A stretch of 63,737 bases of DNA, counting the filler, from Octopus bimaculoides (taxonomy: Eukaryota): NCBI RefSeq assembly GCF_001194135.2. It is 6 parts of 4 records of this genome, joined end to end, with 100 filler letters (N's around TTAATTAATTAA, not from the genome) between each part and the next. Parts side by side here need not be neighbours in the genome. Positions count along the whole stretch, not along the records: positions 1 to 13,908 come from NC_068995.1; positions 14,009 to 39,946 come from NC_068999.1; 4 more parts are not named here. The stretch is one strand, 5' to 3'. The notes beneath the pieces are model-generated. The model was not told where the DNA came from. It searched no databases and saw only the letters and a list, made by a program, of their open reading frames with translations. Both the position numbers and the translations under genes were made by a program. Below are positions 12,376 through 24,645 of the stretch, in pieces. The first letter of the stretch is position 1; each line of letters begins with the position of its first letter.

Positions 12376-13547
12376 TAATAATAGAATCTGCTTATAAAGG
12401 ATCTGTTGTGATATTTTACACATTTCATAGTTTGGAATATTTGAGTAACATACTATTACAGTGTTCAATATTGGAAATGCGACCATCTGACTTGGAACCC
12501 ATTGGACTGCAACAACTTTACATATTCATATATTATACCTAGTATAGTCACCAAATACTTTAATATACAATTAAATGACACAGTATTAAGATAGCTATCT
12601 CGAAGTTAAATCTTACTCATTTGCATGGGTATCTATCTCATCATTTAAATTACTATAAACTTGGTGAATGATTACACATTCAGTTGACGACCATAGGTGC
12701 TATGTTCGGAGGTATATTGCTATATTCTAGTGAGAGAAGGTTATTATCGTTCTATCTCGGAGTATTCGAAAATAATATAAATAGCTGGTCGTTTGAGGAA
12801 ATGTAAGGTGTTTCATATTTGTAAATTTGTGTCCGTTCGATCATTGAACTCTCATGGGTTTCCAAAAGGGTTGCCATCGTTATTCTTATTCGTGTTGAGG
12901 TAAACGTTTGTGAAATCATATTTTATTTGCAAACATAGATTCATATAAGCTCCTTCACTACTTATTTCTTTCAGATTGCTGAGCAACCTACTCACCATGT
13001 AAATTTTTGCCACCAAAAGACCACTTTCATTTCTTCGTGTGTATATTGTTTTGACACTGGAATTATAATACCAGATATATATTGAGATTTGTAAATAAGA
13101 AACTCTGACTTCTCTAAAATTTGAAGGGAATATATGATACAAATGAATGAATTAAACATACTTGACTATACAAGTGACAATCTAAGTTAACATTTTCAAC
13201 TTTGTTTAAATGATTAAATTGGTCGAGGTAACATTTTCCATAAAGGTATTTTACAAATAACAATGTATTTTAAAAAGAAATGGAGAGCATTTTGAGAAAA
13301 CTCATTATTTGTATACTGCTTGTAAAGTGGAAGTTGTGTCCTGATGTATGCTGGTAAAGTATTGGGAAAACGAAAAAAGCTTTCTGCTCTATGTATCTTA
13401 TTTTGTTATAACAGTAATAAAATGTACAACAGTTATTTACAGTTCAACAGAACTATTACAAAATTTAGACAAATCAATATTTACTAGGAATTATTACCTC
13501 AAACACTAGAATATATAAATATTTAACTCTTAAAAATATTACAGAAA

Positions 13548-13907
13548 ATGAAACTCATGAAATATTTGGTTTTTAGCTTGAGTTCAATGATATTGATAGT
13601 AAATTCCAACCCAACGCATGAGGATGAAGAGCGATTGAAAAATACCTTGCTTTTGAATTATAGAAAAGATATAAGACCTGTTACTAATTTGCTTACATCT
13701 GTCGACATAGTTGCTTCCTTGATTCTTCACACACTGTATGACTTGGATTTCGTAAATAACTTACTGAAGGCTCGTTATTTGATTGTCCCATCGTGGACCG
13801 ATGAATATCTGACCTGGAATCCATTGGAATATAACAACATTACACACATATATATACCAAGAGATTTAATATGGACACCATCTCTGATGATGTGTAATTC
13901 AGTGAAT
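13548..13907 (+). CDS. Chemotactile receptor (CR)-type divergent nicotinic acetylcholine receptor-like Cys-loop channel subunit, N-terminal 120 aa, truncated by an assembly gap
   Basis: Signal peptide, then ligand-binding-domain hallmarks L..LL.NY.KDIRPV, TLYDLDFVNN, SWTDEYLTWNPLEYNNIT and IWTPS..CNS. No introns across a region that is multi-exon in canonical nAChRs. The frame is open into the N-run at 13909. Closely resembles octopus CRT1 as I recall it (not a search result). Confidence 0.88.
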
Positions 13908-13908
13908 G

Positions 13909-14008
13909 NNNNNNNNNNNNNNNNNNNNNNNNNNNNNNNNNNNNNNNNNNNNTTAATTAATTAANNNNNNNNNNNNNNNNNNNNNNNNNNNNNNNNNNNN
14001 NNNNNNNN
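13909..14008. other. Artificial scaffold linker: 44 N + TTAATTAATTAA + 44 N
   Basis: Identical 100-bp construct at five places; TTAATTAATTAA puts stops in all six frames. Confidence 0.95.
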
Positions 14009-14327
14009 TGCAATGTGGTGCATAAATTGTCAAGTAAATGAGACGCATCTTTGGCTCCACTGATTCACTTGCAAAGTGTTAAGTAAAATTATTTCGTTGC
14101 AGACCTCCTTTGGGTCTTTTTATTATCACTACGACACACATAGTCCCCAGTTGGTAACATTGATTTCAAGGCCCTCCTAGATGAGAGACTGGCATTCCAC
14201 TTAATGTCTATGTTCCATGCTGGCATGGATTGGAGAGTTATTAATGTAGAAATATGGTATCGTAGCTACTAACAGTTGAGGGTTGCGTAGTCTAGACGGC
14301 GTTTTTAGATTTCATTATTCTCTTTAA

Positions 14328-14356
14328 CCCGGGCAAAGCCGGGTATTTCTGCTAGT
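14328..14356 (+). mobile_element. Helitron 3' terminus
   Basis: Hairpin cccgggcaaagccggg, short spacer, then CTAG followed by T. Confidence 0.7.
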
Positions 14357-14649
14357 ATATATATATATGCACATATTTTCATTCTCATCATTGTTATTAA
14401 AACAAAACCGCTTATATTAACGTATTCACTCAGTGACAATATCCATTATGATGTTAAAATTTTTCAATTAACAAATGCTTAATTTAAATTTAAATATGTG
14501 TTTATTATTAATTGTTCTTAATTTGAAAGTAATTCCTTTTCTTCATTGAATTTAAATTATATATAAATTTTCACAGTCAGCAGTACTACACTCTGGATGA
14601 TGACGATGATGGTGACGACGACGACGAAGATGATCTTTGCATTTCTATT

Positions 14650-14843
14650 TTCGACGATGCCTTCAGGTCGTACCAATGTTTTGTTTTCTGAAGTCCATAC
14701 TTGTTTCAGAGTGTTCAATGGACAAGTCTGGCTATATTGTCTTGGCGTCTCTTATATTCCTTCTGGGCTAGTGGCGTACATTGGCTGATAATATGCCACA
14801 CGGTTTCACCATTCTGTCCACAGATTCTGCACTTATCACTTTT

Positions 14844-14850
<7 letters not shown>
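14650..14850 (-). mobile_element. RLE-type (R4/Dong-like) LINE fragment, CCHC knuckle
   Basis: DKCRICGQNGETVWHIISQCTPLAQKEYKRRQDNIARLVH in the ORF track, next to an (ATC)n tract. Confidence 0.85.
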
Positions 14851-14880
<30 letters not shown>

Positions 14881-14887
14881 ACAACAA

Positions 14888-15075
14888 GGCGGTGAGTTGC
14901 CAGAAACGTTAGCACGCCGGACGAAATGCGTAGCGGTATTTCGCCTGCCTTTACTTTCTAAGTTCAAATTCCGCCGAGGTCGATAAATTAAGTACCAGTT
15001 GCATTCTGGGGTCAGTCTAAGCGACTGGCCTCCTCCCCAAAAATTTCGGGCCCCTTATTCCTCGAGTAGAAAAGA
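14888..15075 (+). mobile_element. tRNA-derived SINE family B
   Basis: ggcggtgagttgccagaaacgttagcacgcc...gttcaaattccgccgaggtcga...taagtaccag, followed by an (ATT)n tail; recurs at 43188, 48985 and 57050. Confidence 0.85.
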
Positions 15076-15102
15076 TTATTATTATTATTGTTGTCGTTGT
15101 TA

Positions 15103-15144
<42 letters not shown>

Positions 15145-15382
15145 GTTGAATGATAATAATTGTGATTATTATATTTGGCAGAAATGTTTTTATCGTTGTT
15201 GTAGTTGTGATTATTATTGTTATTGATGTTGTCATTCTGTCAAATAACTAAAACTAACGAAAATCAAATGAGAAGAAAATAGGAAGGAAAAAATGGGGTC
15301 CGAGAAGGAAACAAAGAAAAATCGCAGCAGCATCGGCAATGTTCCTATTTTAACAAATTCACGCGCATGCGCACACGCACAC

Positions 15383-15424
<42 letters not shown>

Positions 15425-16056
15425 ACATAGATGTGTAAATATGCATGTGCACGTGTTTATACACAAACTCATCCGTGTACAAACACACACACCTCCCTAC
15501 GCATAATATGTGCTTGTTTGTGTCTGTGATGTGAATGGTTGTGAAAACGAATGACAAACCCAATAAATATCGATCACTGCTTATTCGAATTGAAATAAAA
15601 CTCTCTTTCTCTCCCCCACCACTATCGCTCTTTGCCTCCCTGTCTCTTTCTTTTCCTCTTCTCTCTCTTCTCACCCTCTATCTCTCACTTTCTCTTTCCA
15701 CTGTCTCTCATTTTCTTTTACCTCCTCTCTTTCTCTCTTACTTCTCACTCCCTCTCTGTCTCTCGTTTTCTCTTCCCCTCTCTTCTTCCGTCAGTTTCTT
15801 TATCTCTCTCCTTCACATTCATATTCTAAACTAAGACTCAGTCAGACAGATGCACACTCCCAAATATTCACACACACACACGCACGCACCCCACACTGTA
15901 CCTTGGTACATTTAAATACAATAAAACAAAACCCTGGACACACAGGTCGACATTTCGGAATTCACCAAATTTTATTGCTTTTGCTTCCATTTATTACACG
16001 GCTTATTTTATCAGTTTACTCATTCTATAAGTTTCACTGTTACAACCGTTACAATC

Positions 16057-16120
<64 letters not shown>

Positions 16121-16345
16121 AATGTCCTTCTTAGTTTGGTCTACTCTTTTCCCTTTACTATGCTGTATCTTGATTAAAATTCTTATTAAATATTTAAACT
16201 TCTATTCGTTCTCTTTTTGCTGTTGTACTTGCTTATATTTTTTGTATAATTGTACGCATACCTATATTCATATATACATACTTATATACATCTACATTCA
16301 CAAGTGTATATATACAAATATATATACATATATATATACATATAC

Positions 16346-16426
<81 letters not shown>

Positions 16427-16559
16427 AATATATATAATACACACACACATATCTGTGTGCGCGTGTGTGCGTCCGTGTGTGAGTATATGACCGCTAGCTC
16501 CAAAAGTTCTTTTATTCTCTCTGAGACTTACTGAACTCCGTATATTAAAAGACTATGTC

Positions 16560-18265
16560 TCACGCACACACATTGAAAATACACGCATATACATGAATAC
16601 ACACACAATGAAAGACAGTGAAAATTCAATATTGTAAAAATCCCACCCCCCCTTAAAAAAACTTATTGAAAGTGAAACAAAACACTTATTTACGGCCGTA
16701 AATAGACTACACCCAGCAGCACAGAAAGGAAAACCTATGTAGGTTAGGTGTGACGAAGCAGTCGAACAATTTCTCCTGCGAAACAATACTGACGTAAGAA
16801 GGTCGAACCTTACGTTATAACAAACACTAACCAAAACCTGCAATATATGCCCTTTAATATATTAAGTTTTTTGTTAATGTTCTAAAATGTTATTTACCTA
16901 ATTTCTAAATTAATTCAATTCTTCGGTCTTTCTGGGCAAATATATCTATCATATTTTCATAGAAATCTTCTCTTTTCATCAAGTGTTGTACTAAATCTTT
17001 TTCAATTGACATTAGTGCTAACCCAGACAGTCTTCTTTCTCCTGTCGCACATCTTTGGTATGTTTTGATTCTACTTAATGCAGAAAAGGATCGCTCTAGA
17101 GAAGCAGTGGTAGACGGAATTGTCAAAATCAACTTGCACAGATTGAAGAGTTCTGGCATAGCTTCAACAAAGTCACTGCTGTAAATGTAACTCATTAAAT
17201 GACTTACACTTCGCTTTTCTAAAATCTTTAATTGAATACATCACATTGAGCTCACTTTGTAATGATATTACATCAAAAAATCTGCCATAAGCGATTTTTA
17301 AAGAATCTAAAGAGTCCACAGGAAATTGCATTTAAAAACATGTTAAGATAAAGCATTTTCAGATCGATCTGCACTAACATCACTGAAACCGATAAATCGT
17401 TCTTTCGCCACACAGTCTTCTGTAACAACGTAAAACTGTTGACAGTTGTGAATATGCTGAGACATCAGATGTCCCATCAACAAGCATAGAAACAAACTTA
17501 GCTTGCTCAATTTCCTTTTGCATCTCATTCAACATAACTGTATGAATTGCATCGATCAAGTCATTTTGAATTCTGTTTGACAGACCGGTGAAGATAGGAG
17601 ATGTATCTAGATGACTTTCCATTTTTTTGTCATATTTACTGATTAAATATACGAGTTCTTTATAATTTCCACGATTATTAGAACCTTCAGATTCAAAATA
17701 ACCCCTGGATAATTCCCGAAGGCCTAAAAAAATAACAACATCGATCAATCGTTGCAGAATGGATCAGTTTCGTCTTGCTCCTTATGATGTTGTATGCTTT
17801 GATTTTTACATGCATCTAATTGTCAGTCTATGCGAACATTCCCGAATATTTTAAGATCTATCAAAGATTTTATATGCCTTTGAGAACGCTCGTGCTTTAG
17901 CATAGCCATATGTAAATTGTTTAAATCCTCAAAGCCTTTATCATTCTCAACATTCTTTTCTAAGCAAAAAAGTAAACAAGGCCAACAGAATAATTTATTA
18001 AGTGTAGCACTTCCAGTCAATCATTTTTTATTTTCGTACAAATTAACCTGAAATTGTCTCGTGAATTTCTTGTTGTAGCTTCGCAAATTCGGTGTTGGTC
18101 TCCCACCGTTTATAATTAATTATTTTCCATCGAAGTCTCTTTTCGAAAAACTATTTCTCAAAATATCGTTTATAACACTCATTTAGAAAAAGGCTACTTT
18201 TATATAACAACACACGTGTAAGGGTCTGAGTAAATTGTAAGTTTACAAAATGGAAAAATAACGTT
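16560..18265 (-). mobile_element. Internally deleted hAT (ZMYM1-like) DNA transposon
   Basis: TTF-zinc-finger-like piece (17823-18020), DUF4371-like NNRGNYKEL...IQNDLI...VDGTSDVS (17380-17748) and dimerisation domain TIPSTTASLERSFSALSRIK (16905-17195). The catalytic middle is missing; TIRs not identified. Confidence 0.9.
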
Positions 18266-19037
18266 AGTCAAATTAATTTANNNNNNNNNNNNNNNNNNNN
18301 NNNNNNNNNNNNNNNNNNNNNNNNNNNNNNNNNNNNNNNNNNNNNNNNNNNNNNNNNNNNNNNNNNNNNNNNNNNNNNNNNNNNNNNNNNNNNNNNNNNN
18401 NNNNNNNNNNNNNNNNNNNNNNNNNNNNNNNNNNNNNNNNNNNNNNNNNNNNNNNNNNNNNNNNNNNNNNNNNNNNNNNNNNNNNNNNNNNNNNNNNNNN
18501 NNNNNNNNNNNNNNNNNNNNNNNNNNNNNNNNNNNNNNNNNNNNNNNNNNNNNNNNNNNNNNNNNNNNNNNNNNNNNNNNNNNNNNNNNNNNNNNNNNNN
18601 NNNNNNNNNNNNNNNNNNNNNNNNNNNNNNNNNNNNNNNNNNNNNNNNNNNNNNNNNNNNNNNNNNNNNNNNNNNNNNNNNNNNNNNNNNNNNNNNNNNN
18701 NNNNNNNNNNNNNNNNNNNNNNNNNNNNNNNNNNNNNNNNNNNNNNNNNNNNNNNNNNNNNNNNNNNNNNNNNNNNNNNNNNNNNNNNNNNNNNNNNNNN
18801 NNNNNNNNNNNNNNNNNNNNNNNNNNNNNNNNNNNNNNNNNNNNNNNNNNNNNNNNNNNNNNNNNNNNNNNNNNNNNNNNNNNNNNNNNNNNNNNNNNNN
18901 NNNNNNNNNNNNNNNNNNNNNNNNNNNNNNNNNNNNNNNNNNNNNNNNNNNNNNNNNNNNNNNNNNNNNNNNNNNNNNNNNNNNNNNNNNNNNNNNNNNN
19001 NNNNNNNNNNNNNNNNNNNNNNNNNNNNNNNNNNNNN

Positions 19038-19074
<37 letters not shown>

Positions 19075-19749
19075 CACACACGGACACATATTTATGAATA
19101 TATATATATTTAGGGAGATATACACACACACATATATACAGAGATAGATAGTTTGATAGACAGACAGATAGATAGACTGATAGATAGATAAACACACATA
19201 TGTATATATTTTTATTCGGTTGTATTTATATATACGTTCAGACACGTAATAATTGTTGCTATTTTACACGCTGGTACGAAATATAAATAATTGACTCAGT
19301 CCTCCAAGCCACAACGCATGCTATACAACACTTAAACACAAACATTTTAAATTACTAATGTCATTTAACGGAAAGAGGAGAATAACTCGTATTATTAGCA
19401 ATATATTTGATGTATCTTTGAGCCAAACTACCGGCGGCGGGTTACCTTTAATCGTAGTATAGATATCCAACTTCAAAGGCATCTCAGCGAAATAGCTGGT
19501 ATTTACTGGATTATACAACAATTACCAAACATTAAATGAGAATTTTATGATAGAAAACATGAAGTGAGGATCATTTCACTTTTATATTTGAGTTTTAATT
19601 GTTTTAGTGTTGTTTTTTTTTGTGACGATTATGTTGATTCTGCCTTTCGAAACAGAAGGGCCGTCAGGCACAGATTCACTCATATAAATGTACGTACATG
19701 TAAGCAAAATGTATATATATGCGTATAAATACCTATATATATATTAAAG

Positions 19750-20270
19750 AAGTGATTTTAAATTCTCAATCGCAGAATAATGCTAATAATATAGCCTGAA
19801 CAGGTTAAACTATCCCTATTTTGCAGAGAAAAGTGTAGGTGGCTAGCTGTGGATTCGAACTCACATCCCCGTGATTACATGCTTTGACCGATTAAGCTAA
19901 GCTACCCACTACAAATTCCTCTGCAAATTAAGGTATCTAAATCTCGCTTTATGAGACGCTCTCATATGTTAAATTCAAATTACGACAAACGTAAATAAAC
20001 AAACGAAGTTTGCTTTTAGAAGCGTTGAGATGTCTTTTAGAAAGTTAAAGCAGTGATTTTAAATTCTCAATAGCAGAATAATGCTAATAATATAGCATGA
20101 ACAGGATAAACTATCCCTATTTTGCAGAGAAAAGTGTAGGTGGCTAGCTGTGGACTCGAACTCACATCCCCGTGATTACATGCTTTGACCGATTAAGCTA
20201 AGCTACCCACTACAAATTCCTCTGCAAATTAAGGTATCTAAATCTCGCTTTATGAGACGCTCTCATATGT
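19750..20270. repeat. Tandem duplication, period 301 bp, each unit with a minus-strand tRNA-like head
   Basis: 19752-19970 is nearly identical to 20053-20270. Minus-strand tagcttaatcgg (A box) and gttcgaatcc (B box) at 19839-19907 and 20140-20208. The second copy runs into an N gap. Confidence 0.9.
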
Positions 20271-21959
20271 NNNNNNNNNNNNNNNNNNNNNNNNNNNNNN
20301 NNNNNNNNNNNNNNNNNNNNNNNNNNNNNNNNNNNNNNNNNNNNNNNNNNNNNNNNNNNNNNNNNNNNNNNNNNNNNNNNNNNNNNNNNNNNNNNNNNNN
20401 NNNNNNNNNNNNNNNNNNNNNNNNNNNNNNNNNNNNNNNNNNNNNNNNNNNNNNNNNNNNNNNNNNNNNNNNNNNNNNNNNNNNNNNNNNNNNNNNNNNN
20501 NNNNNNNNNNNNNNNNNNNNNNNNNNNNNNNNNNNNNNNNNNNNNNNNNNNNNNNNNNNNNNNNNNNNNNNNNNNNNNNNNNNNNNNNNNNNNNNNNNNN
20601 NNNNNNNNNNNNNNNNNNNNNNNNNNNNNNNNNNNNNNNNNNNNNNNNNNNNNNNNNNNNNNNNNNNNNNNNNNNNNNNNNNNNNNNNNNNNNNNNNNNN
20701 NNNNNNNNNNNNNNNNNNNNNNNNNNNNNNNNNNNNNATATATATATATATATATACGATGAGAACCTCAGAATAAAAATGTTTACTTTGAACTGAAATC
20801 AGTTCTCAATGTGCATCAGTCTCTTAAGTATAAAATGACTACCAGAGTGAGAAATAGGTTTCGGTTAGTAAACGTAGACAAGAGCCTCGTTGTAAAACGG
20901 TGTGGCTTGAATTAAAATCAGTTGTCAATCATTTTGTAGAAATGCCAAAGCTGCATGTTTTGGGTCAGATGAAGACAGCAAAATCAATGCCAAAAGCGAC
21001 ATTTTTGTCGCTGACCTGAATGTGGATTCTGTTGATATTTATAGCATTGATAGACAAACAGAGCTTGTCACAATGTTCGCACGAGACATTAGAACAGAGC
21101 TTAATCAAATTAAATATCGAGTAGACATTCAAGTTAAAATCAATGAAGCTAACGGCAAAAACGTTCCTATCAACGACCTATATTCTCTGTCTCTAGTTAC
21201 AAATGATTCAAGTTGTCTAGAATCTTTGTAAATATACTCCAATATCGCAAGCTAAACTCGAATAGAAAAGTTCTTCAAAACGCAAGTAAAAGTTATATGC
21301 CAACAATATTGTATCCCATAATTGATATTTGTATGTATCCAATACTTGCTCTCTTTTCTTCAAACGGTTTCTATTAAAAATGCTGGATATGTATTTATGC
21401 TTCCTTTTCTTTGCACAATATGTATATACGCTTTCTTCTCTGCTGAAATAAAGACTTTTTTTTTTCAACTTCCACTTCAAATATTTTGTTTCATCTGATT
21501 CATTTTGGGAATACAAAACTCGTTGTGTGACTAAAGTACAATGTCTATAAGATTGCTCTGAAGATATATTCCTTACTTTCATATGTCTCAGAGACACTGC
21601 AAAACTCTCATGGACGTTGTCCATCCGTCCATGATTGAGTCATAAAAAACAAAAGCGACAAAACCATACAAATAAACTACAAATCATAAATTCCGTATCA
21701 AAACTGATATGAAGAGGATCTCCATGGAACGAAGAAGAGGAGGAGGCACAGTCTTAACAGTCCAGCTCTTAAGTGAGTTTTTATTATTCCAGTACTACAG
21801 GAGTTAGAGTGGTTCATGATGTTGGGGTGGGGGTGTTAGACACATTAATGAAAACGAAAGTAGGGAATTATCAGGAGAAACGAGTGGGATGAGGGCGTCA
21901 CGTGACAGTTTGTTCCGAGTAGCGACTACAGTTGTAGTATAGGTGGAAAATGTAAGAGG

Positions 21960-22350
21960 AGGAGACGGCATATCCTGTAAGCCAGAGACTTGAGGGTATA
22001 TTAGGCATGTTTATGTCAACCTTTTATAGGGTACAGTTTCTCTGTAAGTGTAGAAACAACGCCATCTTAAATGCAAGACTAGCTTGGGATTCAAAGTCTC
22101 ACAGCTCTTTAATCTCCATTCACAAAATTTCAGAAACCTATACAATGTGGTCGTGGATGTCTTCAAAAAGTCGCTGCACACAAACCTGGACCAACCAAAG
22201 ACTCAATATGAGGCACAGAGGAGGGCAGTGGTGCGGAACTCCTTCATACACCAAATTAGCCAACAACCAGGGCGAAGGAATCAGCCAACGAAGAAAAGTG
22301 TGTAAAAAAGCAAAATCACGGTGGTGCTTCAGCCTGACTGCAGCCGCATA
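21960..22350 (+). mobile_element. CR1/L2-like LINE 3' end
   Basis: LGFKVSQLFNL...NLYNVVVDVFKK...DQPKT...RAVVRNSFIHQ, followed by a stem-loop tail. Confidence 0.75.
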
Positions 22351-22885
22351 GCTGTAACGAGTGAAAGAATGTGCATACACACATATATGTGTGTGTGTGT
22401 GTGAGTGTGTGCATGTATGCGTGTGTGTGTGTATATACATATATAACAATCATATAATATATTTATGCATCTATGTATGCGCTAGCGTATGGCTGACTTT
22501 CTGAGAGTATTTCTATATTTATGAAGAGACGAGAAGGAAATCAAAGAAAAGACAACCTCGAAACCGAAACCGAAATAAAATAATAATAAAATAAAAACAG
22601 AAAAAAGACACAAAAAGAAAAATCAAGATAATAAAGAAAAATAAGGGCCAGAAAGAATCTGATATCCGAGCATTGTTCAAACATCGATAAATCGTTGTGA
22701 ATAGAGGGATAATTGAAGCTTTCGAGATAGAAACGATGAACGAAAAAAAAAATTACTGTATCTAATGGGATATTAGATATCTATCAATACAATATTGTAA
22801 ATCTGGAGATTTCGATTTTTTATTTCATTCACATGTGACACACACACGCACACACACACACACACATACACGCACACACACACAT

Positions 22886-22927
<42 letters not shown>

Positions 22928-24089
22928 CGAGACTGTGTGTGTATGTATATATATATGTATGTATATATACAAATCTGTATATATATATATGTGTATGTGT
23001 GTGTGTGTGTGTACATACATATATATAGGCATGCATATATAAGTAAATATGAGTGGAAGAGGGGGTTAATGCGATTGTGTCTGTATAATATTATCATATA
23101 CACACACGCACGTATAATAAATAAATAAATATCTCTCTCTCTCTATATATATATATATATACACATAAATATATATACATACACACACACGCACACATAT
23201 ATATTATATGGAATACATAAATATGCGTGTAATATGTGTGTATGTGTGTTCATTTATTTGATAATATAAATATGTGTATTTGTATCTGAGTGTGAGCTGT
23301 GTGTATTTGTATACATACAAGTTCATATAACTATACAGAGACACGCGAAACACCCCTCACTCACACACACTCACATAAACAGACACATATTCTTCTACAT
23401 ACACACATGTTTCCATACAAGCACACCCTTATGCACACTGATATATTACCACACACACACGCACACACACACACACACACGCATACACTCAATTTATTCT
23501 GGATATCATATCATTTTAAAGTGAAAAAGAAAATTGCTGGAAAGGAAAGAAAAAATTCTTCATTACAATGGCGTCCGAATCATTATTGTGTCAGGTTGCT
23601 GTAGTTGGTAGCGTTGTTCTTATTATTGTTGCTGTTGTTGTTGCTGCTGTTGTAGTCGTTGATATTAATGACTTATGGTCGCAGAGGTAGTTGATCGAGC
23701 GAAGTTATTTCTATCGTATTTTCTAGATTAGTTATTCGTCTCGACTTTGTTATATTATGTATAACTTGAATACAAAGATATGAAGTTATATAGCGATGAT
23801 AGTGATTAGATACACGAAAACTAAATACCAGTTCGACTTCCCAAAAAGATCGGTGAATTTTCCCTTTAATCACAGCTTAGTAACTTCTAAATAAAGTAGT
23901 CTCAGTTACCATATTTCTAGTACACAAAAATTATTGGCTGATCATAGCTTACATGTTTTATGTTTAATAACTGTTCCACTGTTCCATGAGAGTCAATATA
24001 TGGCAAAATAGCACCGATAGAGATTTTCCCCTCCAGATCATTTCATCGTATTGGTTATTGCTCAAAGTTGGTATTATCATTTATAAAAT

Positions 24090-24645
24090 AGTTTGATAGA
24101 GGCAACCATACAATACACCCCACCTACACACAGTACATTATATAAATCTATCTGAAAGAGCTACAACTCTACTCCATGAAGCGACGACGGGAGAGGTAAA
24201 CAATCATCTATGTGTAGAGGTTGCTGGAAGGGTTGGCACCGAACTTTGGAATTGAGAGTTAGTTATACCAGACCTCGAATTAGATGTCGCTGCACTGTTC
24301 CAAAAGTCCCAGCAGTCTCAGCTAAGGTGAGGAACTTGTTATGCAATAGCTTGGGATTCAAGGGCCCACAGCTATCTAACTCCTTGCCAGAACATCTGAG
24401 AGATCTCCATGGAGTGGGAATAGATGTTTTCAAGAAACAACTTGACATCTTGCCATCCAAGATCCCAGATGAACCAATGTCAAGGCAGGAAACTTAAAAA
24501 AGGGCAGCGGAATCGAATTCCCTCATTAACCAAAAGCCTAACCCATAGAATTGGGCAATTAAAAGGTGTTTACACTTGCGGTGCCTCAGCGTTGCCCCAG
24601 CCTCAGGGCTGAAACATAAAAGAATAAAAGATAAAAGAATATATA
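24090..24645 (+). mobile_element. CR1/L2-like LINE 3' end (same family as 21960)
   Basis: LKELQLYSMKRRRER, NSLGFKGPQLSNSLPEHLRDLHGVGIDVFKKQLD...IPDEP, tail ggtgcctcagc...gggctgaaacataaaagaataaaag. Confidence 0.85.

Noticed and set aside
14009-14320. Possible continuation of the CR ORF after the linker
   Set aside because: No Cys-loop or TM motifs in any frame; it contains SINE-tail and Helitron-end sequence.
19839-19907. Functional tRNA gene
   Set aside because: The anticodon arm is missing and the T stem is imperfect; treated as a tRNA-derived repeat head.
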